Positions 36,933 to 45,949 of a stretch of DNA of 64,000 nucleotides are shown here, piece after piece. The DNA lies in the NCBI GenBank assembly GCA_016186695.1, contig JACPLC010000007.1:11928-75927 (forward strand). The letters are read 5' to 3'. Below the pieces are notes generated by a model. It was given only the letters and a program-made list of their open reading frames with translations. It was not told where the DNA came from and did not search any database. Source of the stretch: Candidatus Kaiserbacteria bacterium (GTDB lineage Bacteria > Patescibacteriota > Minisyncoccia > Phycocordibacterales > UBA2100). Position 1 is the stretch's first letter. Each line of letters starts with the position of its first letter. The position numbers and the translations under genes are program-made.

Positions 36933-37259
36933 TCAGTCGTAGACGCGGATGCGAAAGTAGGTGCGGGTGCGTTCATGGATGTGAATCCAACGACCCGACT
37001 TTTCGATGGTGACCGTACTGACACCGAAGCTTTGGTTGCCCCTGTATCCGCCGTTGTAACCCCCACCGTATCCGTAGCCACCCCCATAGGGGCCGCGATC
37101 GCAGTACCGGCCGCAATCGCGACCGCACACGCCGCCGTCCGAGGTGCAGACGCACGGACAATACGCCCGGCGCCCGCCCGCATCGGCTGGTGACGGCAAC
37201 ACCGTCACGCTGATGCCCGCCACCATCGTGGCGGCAAGAAAGATCGAACTCTTTTTCAT
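36933..37259 (-). CDS. Small secreted Cys-rich and Gly/Tyr-rich protein (~108 aa; start taken at MKKSSIF)
   Basis: Signal peptide; CPCVCTSDGGVCGRDCGRYC; GPYGGGYGYGGGYNGGYRGN. Confidence 0.45.
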   Translation of the reverse strand: MKKSSIFLAATMVAGISVTVLPSPADAGGRRAYCPCVCTSDGGVCGRDCGRYCDRGPYGGGYGYGGGYNGGYRGNQSFGVSTVTIEKSGRWIHIHERTRTYFRIRVYD

Positions 37260-37358
37260 TTCATCCTCCGGAGTTGCAGAACGACCCGCTGAAAACCTTT
37301 CGGCCTCATGCGAGTCCGAATGCAGTTTCCATTGCATTCGGCCTCTCACGAGTGCGAC

Positions 37359-37958
37359 TTAGTGACTGCCGGCGACGCCGTAGCCAATCGGCGCTTCGTG
37401 GCCGATCGGTGCCGCATAGCCGATGTTGATGGGTTTGCCGATCGAGACTGCGTAGCCGATATCTATCGGTGTGCCGATTTCAATCGGACTTCCGATTTCT
37501 GCCGCGTAGCCGATGGGTGCCGCATAGCCAATCGGCACTGCATAGCCGATTGTTATGGGAGATCCGACCGGTGCGGCATAGCCGATGGAAATGGGAAATC
37601 CTATGGTCATGGGAAACCCGCTCGGCGATGCATGACTTCCCCGCACACCGATGCCGCCCTGCACTCCGTAACCACCTTGCACTCCATACCCGCCGGCAAC
37701 ACCGTATCCGCCCGATACACCGGACCCACCTGATTCTCCGTTGCCTCCGGAGGCGCCATAACTACCCAATTCTCCATGGCTGCCAAGCGCACCATAACCG
37801 GAGAGCAGCGGAGAGCCCGACACACTTCCAAGTGTGACGGGCAGGCCGCTGTAGCCGGGATATCCCGGATACTCGATGCACCCGTCGTCACACGCTGATG
37901 CCGCTGCCGGAACAGCGAGAACAATGACGCTGAGTATGCTAGCGATTTTCTTTGTCAT
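37359..37958 (-). CDS. Secreted Gly/Tyr-rich repeat protein: GGYGV(Q/A) heptads then IGYAAP-type hexapeptide repeats
   Basis: Signal peptide MTKKIASILSVIVLAVPAAASA; x15 I-G-x-x-x-P hexapeptide periodicity; 18-nt DNA tandem repeats at 37380-37620. Confidence 0.55.
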   Translation of the reverse strand: MTKKIASILSVIVLAVPAAASACDDGCIEYPGYPGYSGLPVTLGSVSGSPLLSGYGALGSHGELGSYGASGGNGESGGSGVSGGYGVAGGYGVQGGYGVQGGIGVRGSHASPSGFPMTIGFPISIGYAAPVGSPITIGYAVPIGYAAPIGYAAEIGSPIEIGTPIDIGYAVSIGKPINIGYAAPIGHEAPIGYGVAGSH

Positions 37959-37960
37959 AC

Positions 37961-38659
37961 CTAGATAACCGCGACGAAGTCGGCTTCAAGAATGAAGCGC
38001 GCGCTTTTACCGGTGAGTGTGTCGCAGGTGACGAGTGTGAGCTTCTTTCCGAGCGTCGGCGAAAGATCGACGATGCCTTCCGCCACGTCCACTTTGGTGA
38101 GCGAAGTAACCGTATAGAGATACGTGTGCCCGTCGCCCTCGAGCGTTATCGAATCCCCCGCTTTAAGCTCCGGCACGCGGTTGAATGCTTTGTACATCCG
38201 GTTCTTCACGATAGGAAGGTGCGAAGTGTGTGCGAAGATGAGAACGTTTCCTTTCTCGCCGAGACGCGCGGAATCAACATAGCGCACCGGTCCGTCTTTT
38301 AGGTACTCATCCAGAGTCGCTATGTCGCGCGTCTCCGGATTCTGAACTGGGAGATCGAGATCGATTTCGGGAATCACAATCTGTTCTGGAAGAACGGACT
38401 GTGAGCTGTCAGCTGTCAGCTGAAAGCTGTTAGCTGGAGCGGGACCGAGCTCGGGAAGGCTCGAGAGTGCAACGGTTTCGGGGCCGCCTCCGCGAGCAAA
38501 TACTGCCGGAGACACGGCTTCGGCAGTGCATTCGGTTCCGTCGACGTAGCACGGCACAAAGCCGACTGACTCTGCCGCCGAAAGCGAAAGGAAAAAGATG
38601 ACGATGGTCGTCGCGACGAATACCGGCTTGGGTGGTTTTTGCGCTTGGTTTGAAGCCAT
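37961..38659 (-). CDS. Sortase (transpeptidase), N-terminal TM anchor
   Basis: Conserved His (NVLIFAHTSH), catalytic-Cys block LTLVTCD (cf. SrtA LTLITCD), and downstream Arg (KSARFILEA); start taken at MASNQAQ (38657-38659). Confidence 0.8.
   Translation of the reverse strand: MASNQAQKPPKPVFVATTIVIFFLSLSAAESVGFVPCYVDGTECTAEAVSPAVFARGGGPETVALSSLPELGPAPANSFQLTADSSQSVLPEQIVIPEIDLDLPVQNPETRDIATLDEYLKDGPVRYVDSARLGEKGNVLIFAHTSHLPIVKNRMYKAFNRVPELKAGDSITLEGDGHTYLYTVTSLTKVDVAEGIVDLSPTLGKKLTLVTCDTLTGKSARFILEADFVAVI
38401..38440. repeat. Heptanucleotide tandem tract (GTGAGC) TGTCAGC x2, TGAAAGC, TGTTAGC, TGGAGCG inside the sortase gene
   Basis: Period-7 repeat encoding PANSFQLTADSSQS in the TM-to-catalytic-domain linker; shares the TGAAAGC unit with 32763-32797. 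Confidence 0.7.
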
Positions 38660-38671
38660 ATTGAGGGCGCT

Positions 38672-38700
38672 ACAATACCCTAACATTTAGTCTTTGTCAA
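38672..38700 (-). promoter_or_regulatory. Sigma70-like promoter TTGACA-17-TATTGT for the sortase (near-leaderless)
   Basis: rc TTGACA at 38695-38700; rc TATTGT at 38672-38677; start codon at 38659. Confidence 0.45.
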
Positions 38701-38719
38701 TCCCTTTTCCCCTTAGCGA

Positions 38720-38802
38720 GGGTAGCAGCATTGCCGCATTGAGGACTTGTTCGAAGCTGCCGCTAGGCAGCAAGCCCCGCAGATGCGGCAATGCTGCTAC
38801 CC
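38720..38802. repeat. Perfect 20-bp inverted repeat GGGTAGCAGCATTGCCGCAT ... ATGCGGCAATGCTGCTACCC, 43-nt spacer with inner hairpin GCTGCC-gcta-GGCAGC
   Basis: Centred between the divergent sortase and 38858 promoters. Confidence 0.85.
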
Positions 38803-38857
38803 GAGCCCACACACTCTTGACAAGTCGTAAATGTGTAGTAGGATTGCGCTCACTTAT

Positions 38858-40030
38858 ATGGCAGACGCCTCTCAAAGCGCTCCCCGCACGCAGTACGTGC
38901 CTGAGGAGCCAAAACCGAGCCTCGCATCGAACATCCTTGCGATCGTCGGCTTCATCATACTCATCGTCGTAGTCATCTGGGGACTCGTAAACCTTGCCGG
39001 CATCTCCCGCGGCTGGTTCTCTTCCCTCTTTGGTGGAAGCGATGCCGCGATAGAAGTAACTGCGCCCGAAAGCGCAATCTCGGGAACATCCTTCACGCTC
39101 TCGTGGAAGTATGACGAGCCGGTAACCGGAACGTACGCATTTCTGTATCAATGCGAGAGTGGTCTTAGCTTCCAAACACCAGGAATCGCCGGCATGGTGG
39201 GCATTCCGTGCGGCGCTGCGTTTACGATTGCGCGTACAGAGAAGAATCTTTCTCTCACGCCGTATCTCTCCGGCAACGACTCACTCGACGTTCCCCTTTC
39301 CATTATCTTCATGCCAAGTGCCACGGGCACGCGGGCACAGGGAAGCGCTACGGTGCGCATCTCTCCGATCCTCACTACGACGCCTGCTCCCACACCTGCG
39401 CCGACGCCAGCTCCTACTCCTGCTCCAGAGCCGACACCTGCACCTGTTCCGGCTCCTGCGCCTGCACCTACGTCTCCCGCAGATCTCTCGGTCCGCATCA
39501 TCTCGGTAACGGTTGACGCGGGCGGAAACGGCGTCGCGACATTCGACATCTCAAACGTCGGCGGTACCTCGAGTGGCACGTACTACTTCAGCGCAACGCT
39601 CCCCACACAGTCGGGCTCCCCCTACGCGCAAGGCTACGGCGGGACGCAGTACACCTACACATCGCTTGCACAAAGCCCGCTCGCGCCACAAGCACACATT
39701 GTCTCGACGCTCCGCTTCTCGCAAGCGCGCGGCGGAACATTCAGCGTCTCGATCACGACACCGGATTCAAACGCCGGCAACAACTACGCTTCGCAGATCG
39801 TGAGCGCACCATACGTGAACTACTCCCCCTACACACCGAGCTACGGCGGGACGCAGTACGATTCGTACAACTACCCGTACAACTACGGGAACACGTACCA
39901 ATACTCCCAGCCCCAGTACCAAATGTATCCGTACACGTATCAATACCAATCTGGCTTCGCGCCCGGCTACAGCGGTCAGTACTACTCCCAGCAAAATCCG
40001 TACTCGACGTACTATCCGTACGCGTACTAA
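38858..40030 (+). CDS. Membrane-anchored surface protein with (TPAP)n linker and Tyr/Gln/Gly-rich low-complexity C-terminus
   Basis: TM ILAIVGFIILIVVVIWGLV; PAPTPAPTPAPTPAPEPTPAPVPAPAPAP; terminal YNYPYNYGNTYQYSQPQYQMYPYTYQYQ; start taken at MADASQS. Confidence 0.55.
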   Translation: MADASQSAPRTQYVPEEPKPSLASNILAIVGFIILIVVVIWGLVNLAGISRGWFSSLFGGSDAAIEVTAPESAISGTSFTLSWKYDEPVTGTYAFLYQCESGLSFQTPGIAGMVGIPCGAAFTIARTEKNLSLTPYLSGNDSLDVPLSIIFMPSATGTRAQGSATVRISPILTTTPAPTPAPTPAPTPAPEPTPAPVPAPAPAPTSPADLSVRIISVTVDAGGNGVATFDISNVGGTSSGTYYFSATLPTQSGSPYAQGYGGTQYTYTSLAQSPLAPQAHIVSTLRFSQARGGTFSVSITTPDSNAGNNYASQIVSAPYVNYSPYTPSYGGTQYDSYNYPYNYGNTYQYSQPQYQMYPYTYQYQSGFAPGYSGQYYSQQNPYSTYYPYAY

Positions 40031-41031
40031 GGAGACCGTCTCTTGAGATGCTCAGTGATCGTCTCGCCAATGTACGAGCGATCGATGACAAAGCCGGCAT
40101 CGTATGCATCGCCGTCTACCCGAGAAGGTAACGCGCCTACAAATATTCCTCCTAAGGCAGGCTCGGTCGCGCCGCGAGGCGTATGTACAAACGCGCTTCC
40201 CGAAACGCCTCGTGCGGGCTGCGGTCTCGATTCATCGACGACCCTTGTGCCGGGCTTATATACAATTTTGGCTTCCCCAGAAGGTAGCGTGATTACGCGA
40301 TACGCTCCAAGATCCGGTTCACGTGTATACTTTTCCATCTTTGTCATATCCATCCCCATCAACCTTGTGACCGCACCCGACACTGTCGGCGAGATGCGTG
40401 ATGGATACAGCTTTCGCTCAAGAGATCCGCGATCGTTGTCATGTGCGATTACCGCTCCGACCTCTCCGGTAATATCGCGATTATCTTGAAGCCGGAATAG
40501 TAGAGCGCCCTGCGTGCCTGTTGCAACAGATGCGCGCTCAAGCGCGCTTAGTTCCCTCACTGCGACATCTCTCTCCTTCGGATGCAGTGTCCAGCGTGTT
40601 CCGGCAGGTGGGGGAACCATATCCGCTACATGCGCTGTAGTCGCAACGAGGTAGTGATATTCTTCCGCGGCGCTGTCTTTTCGGCTCATCGGAACTTTGA
40701 GAAGCGTTCCATTGCCTATAAACGCCCCTCTTTCGTTGCGCAACGTGAGTGCTCCACCGTGCATGCGCTTTTCGTCCTGTTTGAATGGTTCTATCCATTG
40801 GGCTTTTGCTTTTGCGAGTGAACGCATCACGGACCCAAGTTCTTTTCCGGTAGGTGCTTCTTGGAACCGCTTTCGCGCATTCGGATCCCTGACGAGTTTC
40901 TGGAAGTACGCTTCGTCCTGTTTCTCCCGCTCTCGGAGCCACTCCTTATATGAGGCGGCCCGCACCGCGGTGGGCATTGCTGCTAGTGTTCCCGTGCTTA
41001 CGAGTCCTTGCAAAACGCTGCGCCGAGACAT
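40027..41031 (-). CDS. Tat-secreted trypsin-like (S1 family) serine peptidase (tentative)
   Basis: MSRRSVLQGL...AVRAAS twin-arginine signal; His block LVATTAHVAD, Ser block GVSGSAFV (cf. GDSGGP). Confidence 0.4.
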   Translation of the reverse strand: MSRRSVLQGLVSTGTLAAMPTAVRAASYKEWLREREKQDEAYFQKLVRDPNARKRFQEAPTGKELGSVMRSLAKAKAQWIEPFKQDEKRMHGGALTLRNERGAFIGNGTLLKVPMSRKDSAAEEYHYLVATTAHVADMVPPPAGTRWTLHPKERDVAVRELSALERASVATGTQGALLFRLQDNRDITGEVGAVIAHDNDRGSLERKLYPSRISPTVSGAVTRLMGMDMTKMEKYTREPDLGAYRVITLPSGEAKIVYKPGTRVVDESRPQPARGVSGSAFVHTPRGATEPALGGIFVGALPSRVDGDAYDAGFVIDRSYIGETITEHLKRRSP

Positions 41032-41080
41032 CTTTTTGCCCTTCCCTTTGGCTTCTGACTCAAGGGAACCCATGCCGCAA

Positions 41081-43147
41081 TTATATATCGAGTGTAGCTT
41101 CCTTTGCGTGCGATTGGATGAACGACTTGCGGGCCGGAACGTCGGTGCCCATGAGCATGTCAAAAATCTGATCGGCTTCCTGTGCATCTTCAATCGTTAC
41201 CTGCTTCAGGATGCGCCTTGCCGGATCCATGGTGGTCTCCCAGAGCTCTTCGGCGTTCATTTCGCCCAGACCTTTATAGCGTTGTACCGATATCTTTACG
41301 CCCCTTTTTCCCTTTTCTCCCGTTTCTTCAGATTCCTCCGCAACCGGTTCTGTCTCCAGCGGAACGTTCTCCCCCGCAAGACGGACCTTCTCCTTCTCCT
41401 CGTACGCGTAAAAAACTTCCTTCCCCTTTTTTATCTTGTATAGCGGCGGCTGTGCGATGTAGAGAAAACCTCCATCGATCACCGGACGGAAATGCCGATA
41501 TAGAAGGGTGAGGAGAAGTGTGCGGATGTGTGCGCCATCCACGTCGGCATCTGTTGCGATGATGACTTTGTGGTAACGGAGCTTCGTGATATCGAAGATG
41601 TCACCGATCGCGGTTCCAAGAGCAACCACGAGATTTTTTATCTGCTCCGAGGAAAGCATCTTGTCCAAGCGGGCGCGCTCGATGTTGAGGATTTTGCCAC
41701 GTAGTGGGAGGATCGCCTGTGTGCGACGGTCGCGGCCCGTTTTTGCGGTACCGCCTGCGGAATCACCCTCAACGATAAAGAGCTCGGCTTCCTCTGCGTG
41801 ACGCGTCTGACAATCCGCAAGTTTTCCCGGCAGCTGCATGCCCTCCAAAGCTCCTTTGCGCAATATCGAATCTTTGGCAGCCTTTGCGGCCTTTCGCGCT
41901 TTCATCGCAAGCGTCACTTTACCGACGATCGCGCGCGCATCGTCGGGATGCTCCTCTAGGAACCGCCCAAACGCGTCGCCGAAGACGGCCTCTGTCGCGC
42001 CACGTGCCTCTACGCTCCCGAGCTTTGATTTCGTCTGTCCCTCGAATTGCACTTCACGCATCTTTATCGAAATAACAGCCGTTAGACCTTCTAGAACATC
42101 GTCGCCGGTGAACGTTTCTTCCTTGCCGCCCCCGTTGCCATTTTTCAGTTGGGCGTTCAGCGTGCGAGTGAGCGCGGCTTTGAATCCGGTAACGTGCATG
42201 CCGCCTTCCGTGTTGTAAATGTTGTTCGCGAACGCCATGAGGCGCGAAGAGATGTCGTCGACAAATTGGAGTGCGACTTCAACTTGCACACCTTCTTCTT
42301 CCTTCTCGATGTAAAAAATATTTTTGTGAATTGGCTCCAAGTGACGATTCTGAAAGGCGACGAGGCTGCGAAGTCCGCCCTCGAAATAGAAACTTGTCGA
42401 GGGCGCATCCAGCCCCAGCTCCCGCAGGTAAAAGACGCTTTCGTCATCCACTTTTCCGGCCTGACGCAGGTCGATAATCGAGATTCGGAGACCCTTCACG
42501 AGGTATGCCTGCTGGCGCATGTGTGCGACGACCGTATCCCAGTTGAATTCACGCTCGGGAAAGATCTTCGGATCGGGCTCGAAGGTCACGATCGTGCCAT
42601 GCAGATCTGACGAGCCGATTTTTTTTACCTTCGCGAGCGGCTTTCCACCATTTTTGTACTCCTGCATGTATTTGCCGCCGTCACGATGTACCTCTGCGTA
42701 CACGACACTTGAAAGTGCATTCACGACAGAAACGCCGACGCCGTGCAAACCGCCCGAGACCTTGTATCCCTCGCCACCGAATTTGCCTCCTGCATGGAGT
42801 TTGGTCATGACCGTTTCAAGCGCGGAAACTTTTGTTTTCGGATGAATGTCCACCGGAATACCGCGACCATTGTCGGCAACCCGCACACGATTCTCCGGCA
42901 AAAGCGCGACCTCGATGTCGTTGGCGAATCCGCCCATCGCCTCGTCACGCGAGTTGTCGAAGACTTCCCAAACGAGATGGTGGAGGCCGGAGGTACCGGT
43001 TGTGCCGATGTACATGCCGGGGCGGCGGCGCACGGCTTCCAAGCCTTCGAGCACCGTAATCTGCTCGGCACCATACGATCCTGTTGAATTATTTTGCCCC
43101 TTTTTGGGGGCTGATTCTTTGACCTTTTTGACCTTACTTTTAGCCAT
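41081..43147 (-). CDS. gyrB: DNA gyrase subunit B
   Basis: GHKL ATPase, Toprim and C-terminal domains (GLHHLVWEVFDNSRDEAMGG; EGDSAGG; PLRGKILN); start taken at MAKSKVKK. Confidence 0.9.
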   Translation of the reverse strand: MAKSKVKKVKESAPKKGQNNSTGSYGAEQITVLEGLEAVRRRPGMYIGTTGTSGLHHLVWEVFDNSRDEAMGGFANDIEVALLPENRVRVADNGRGIPVDIHPKTKVSALETVMTKLHAGGKFGGEGYKVSGGLHGVGVSVVNALSSVVYAEVHRDGGKYMQEYKNGGKPLAKVKKIGSSDLHGTIVTFEPDPKIFPEREFNWDTVVAHMRQQAYLVKGLRISIIDLRQAGKVDDESVFYLRELGLDAPSTSFYFEGGLRSLVAFQNRHLEPIHKNIFYIEKEEEGVQVEVALQFVDDISSRLMAFANNIYNTEGGMHVTGFKAALTRTLNAQLKNGNGGGKEETFTGDDVLEGLTAVISIKMREVQFEGQTKSKLGSVEARGATEAVFGDAFGRFLEEHPDDARAIVGKVTLAMKARKAAKAAKDSILRKGALEGMQLPGKLADCQTRHAEEAELFIVEGDSAGGTAKTGRDRRTQAILPLRGKILNIERARLDKMLSSEQIKNLVVALGTAIGDIFDITKLRYHKVIIATDADVDGAHIRTLLLTLLYRHFRPVIDGGFLYIAQPPLYKIKKGKEVFYAYEEKEKVRLAGENVPLETEPVAEESEETGEKGKRGVKISVQRYKGLGEMNAEELWETTMDPARRILKQVTIEDAQEADQIFDMLMGTDVPARKSFIQSHAKEATLDI

Positions 43148-43351
43148 GTTTCGTGCGTTCATCATAGCAAAAAACAGGCCCCTTGTACAGGCCCGGTGAG
43201 GACAATTTCGGATGACTTTTGTTGCGGCTGATTCGCGATTGTTGATCACCTATTGGGCACGTGCGTATCACGAGTACCGCTACAAAACCGCAGTAGAAAC
43301 AATCCGAAATTGTACTACCGGGCAGGGGAAAACTGCGGGTTTGTGTGCTTT

Positions 43352-45178
43352 CTATCTGACCTCCCAACCCCTCTTTGTGACAGCAGAATGTATCTTCTCC
43401 ATGACGGAGTTCGCCTCCTCATCGGTGAGCGTTTTTTCAAAAGACTGGAGCACGAGATGGAACGCATACGAAATGCGCTCACCCCCGCCCGAACGACCGG
43501 CGTCGTCCGGTCGGGCGGGTTTTTTGAACTGATCGAAGAGCTCGACGTGCCGCAAAAGTCCCTCAGACTCCTCTCCAAAAATAGCAAGAACTTCGCTTAT
43601 GGCCTCCGGTCCCTGCGGCACCCACATCGAGATATCGCGCACGATGAAGGGATACTTCGAGAACGGCTCGTACCGCTCCGTCGTCGAAGTTGGCAATTCC
43701 TCATATCGGGAGATACGATCTCCCGATATTCGAAGGGGTTCTTCGCGAACTCCAGCAGAATCCGCAGTGCCGAGCATTATCACTTCCTTTCCCCCATTCC
43801 AAACCGTCCCGATTTCGAATATCCTGATTTCTTTCAGACCCAGAAGGTCCCGATTGCGAGCATTACGCTCGTACGCATCGCGTAAGCTGTCGACAAGCGT
43901 CGTGCGCAGGTAGGGCTTCTCGCCACCAACTTTGTTTGCGACCGCCCGTTCGCCTTTCTCGGCAAACACAGAAGTGAAAACCTCCGAATATCCCTTTGCG
44001 ATAAGCTTCTCCCGAGTTTTCTCCGCCGCGTAGAAATTCACATTAACCTCCGGCTTCTTCGGAAAAGAGGGTAGCTCAACGCTCGGAATCTTGTCATAAC
44101 CGACAACGCGCGCAACCTCTTCGATAAGATCTTCGGGAATCGTCAGATCAAGCCGCTCGAACGGTACATCTACGGTAAACGTGTCGCCCTGCCTCCCGTT
44201 TTCGAGGCTAAGCCTCGAAAACACATCTGCCACCTGCTCACCTCGCAGCTCTGTACCCAAGACTTTGTTTATCTTTGCTGTCGAGACTGACACGCTCCAT
44301 GATTTCTGCGGAGAAGGGTACTCGTCGACAAAGCCAATAAGCTCGCCCCCCGCGACCTCCGTGATGAGTTTCGCTGCGGCGAGAGTGCCGTACGCGGCGA
44401 GTTCCGGCGAGATAACCTGCTGAAAACGATCGGATGCATCGGTACGCAATTTTAGTGCCTGCGATGTCTTGCGTATTGTGACACCGTCCCAGTTCGCAGC
44501 TTCGATAAAAATGTCGGCTGTTGCACTATCGATCCCTGTCGGTTTCCCACCCTTGATCCCCGCAATGCTTACTACCGACTTCGCGTTCGCATCCTCGATG
44601 ACAAGCATAGAAGGTGTGAGGGCATATTCTTTATCGTCGAGCCCCATAAGTTTCTCGCCTTTCTTTGCCAGACGGATATTGAGTGCACTCGCATTGCTCT
44701 TCTGTTGTAATTTCCCTACGTCAAACGCGTGCAGGGGCTGGCCGATGTCGAACATTACGAAATTCGTCGCATCGACAACGTTGTTGATCGACTTTTGCCC
44801 GACCGCTTCGAGACGCTCACGCAACCACTCCGGCGACGGGCCAACCCGAACACCCTTGATGTAGGCTCCCGTGAATCGTGAGCTTAGTTTCGGGTCTTCA
44901 ATCGTCACCTTTACGATATCGGTTTTCGGTTCAAGCGAGACACGCTCACGGAGTGGATCGTTCTTAAGTGGCATATTGAGAATCGCCGACAACTCCTTGG
45001 CTATCGAGCGGTGCGAAAGGCAGTCGTGCCCGCGATTCGGCGTCACTTTCACGTCCAGCACATTATCCTCCACACTCTCGATCTCGAAGGCGTGGAACGT
45101 CAGTGCATCCGCAAGCGCCTGCGCATCCGGCAATGGAGAATCAAAATACGTCTGCAGCCATTCTCGAGATATCTTCAT
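43352..45178 (-). CDS. pheT: Phenylalanyl-tRNA synthetase beta subunit (short, 608 aa)
   Basis: MKISREWLQTYF...VKVTPNRGHDCLSHRSIAKE; B3/4 and B5 domains. Confidence 0.85.
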   Translation of the reverse strand: MKISREWLQTYFDSPLPDAQALADALTFHAFEIESVEDNVLDVKVTPNRGHDCLSHRSIAKELSAILNMPLKNDPLRERVSLEPKTDIVKVTIEDPKLSSRFTGAYIKGVRVGPSPEWLRERLEAVGQKSINNVVDATNFVMFDIGQPLHAFDVGKLQQKSNASALNIRLAKKGEKLMGLDDKEYALTPSMLVIEDANAKSVVSIAGIKGGKPTGIDSATADIFIEAANWDGVTIRKTSQALKLRTDASDRFQQVISPELAAYGTLAAAKLITEVAGGELIGFVDEYPSPQKSWSVSVSTAKINKVLGTELRGEQVADVFSRLSLENGRQGDTFTVDVPFERLDLTIPEDLIEEVARVVGYDKIPSVELPSFPKKPEVNVNFYAAEKTREKLIAKGYSEVFTSVFAEKGERAVANKVGGEKPYLRTTLVDSLRDAYERNARNRDLLGLKEIRIFEIGTVWNGGKEVIMLGTADSAGVREEPLRISGDRISRYEELPTSTTERYEPFSKYPFIVRDISMWVPQGPEAISEVLAIFGEESEGLLRHVELFDQFKKPARPDDAGRSGGGERISYAFHLVLQSFEKTLTDEEANSVMEKIHSAVTKRGWEVR

Positions 45179-45202
45179 ACTTCTTTCTTCGTACTTCCTG
45201 CT

Positions 45203-45937
45203 TCAGAATTGATTAATGAACCGTAAATCCGCGGAGTGCATGAGGCGGACATCATCTATGCCCCATTTCAGCATCGCGAGACGGTCAAGCCCCATACCGA
45301 ATGCAAATCCCTGATATTTAGCAGGATCGACTCCTGCATTTTTGAGCACGTTCGGATGAACCATACCCGCTCCCATCATTTCGATCCATCGGTCGCGAAG
45401 CTTCGCTGGCGCGTTTTCTCCTGTAAGACGCATCTCGACTTCGACTGAGGGCTCGGTAAAGGGGAAAAAACTTGGGCGAAAACGTGTCTCGACTGAACCA
45501 CGCAACATAGCCCCAAGGAACTTCTCAAGCGTTCCCTTTAGGTGTGCAAGTGATATGTTTTCGTCCACCACCAGACCCTCAATCTGGAAAAATTCGGCCT
45601 CGTGCGTCATGTCGGTAGCCTCGTTGCGAAATGCCCGACCTGGCGCGATGATCCGGTATGGCGGTACATTCCCCTTCTTCATTTGCGCCTCCATGTAACG
45701 GACCTGATTTGTCGATGTGTGAGTACGAAGTACATAGCCCGGCTCGTCTTTGATAAAAAACGTGTCCTGCATATCGCGAGCGGGATGATCCTTCGGAACA
45801 TTGAGTACGTCGAAGTTGTACCACTCGCTGTCGATCAACGGTCCCTCGGCGAACGTAAAGCCCATGTCGAAAAAAATCCGGTTCGCCTCGCGGATGAGGG
45901 ATGAAATGGGGTGAATGTGCCCACGCGCTTCGTTCAT
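45203..45937 (-). CDS. pheS: Phenylalanyl-tRNA synthetase alpha subunit (catalytic core only, 244 aa)
   Basis: Class II motifs; FRPSFFPFTEPSVEVE. Confidence 0.85.
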   Translation of the reverse strand: MNEARGHIHPISSLIREANRIFFDMGFTFAEGPLIDSEWYNFDVLNVPKDHPARDMQDTFFIKDEPGYVLRTHTSTNQVRYMEAQMKKGNVPPYRIIAPGRAFRNEATDMTHEAEFFQIEGLVVDENISLAHLKGTLEKFLGAMLRGSVETRFRPSFFPFTEPSVEVEMRLTGENAPAKLRDRWIEMMGAGMVHPNVLKNAGVDPAKYQGFAFGMGLDRLAMLKWGIDDVRLMHSADLRFINQF

Positions 45938-45949
45938 TGCGGGAATTGT

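Noticed and set aside
38687-39175. 162-aa minus-strand ORF overlapping the 38858 gene and the 20-bp inverted repeat
   Set aside because: It overlaps a plus-strand gene with clear TM and linker features and good promoter placement, and it would have to encode the palindrome. I judged the plus-strand gene real and this one spurious, although this is not proven.
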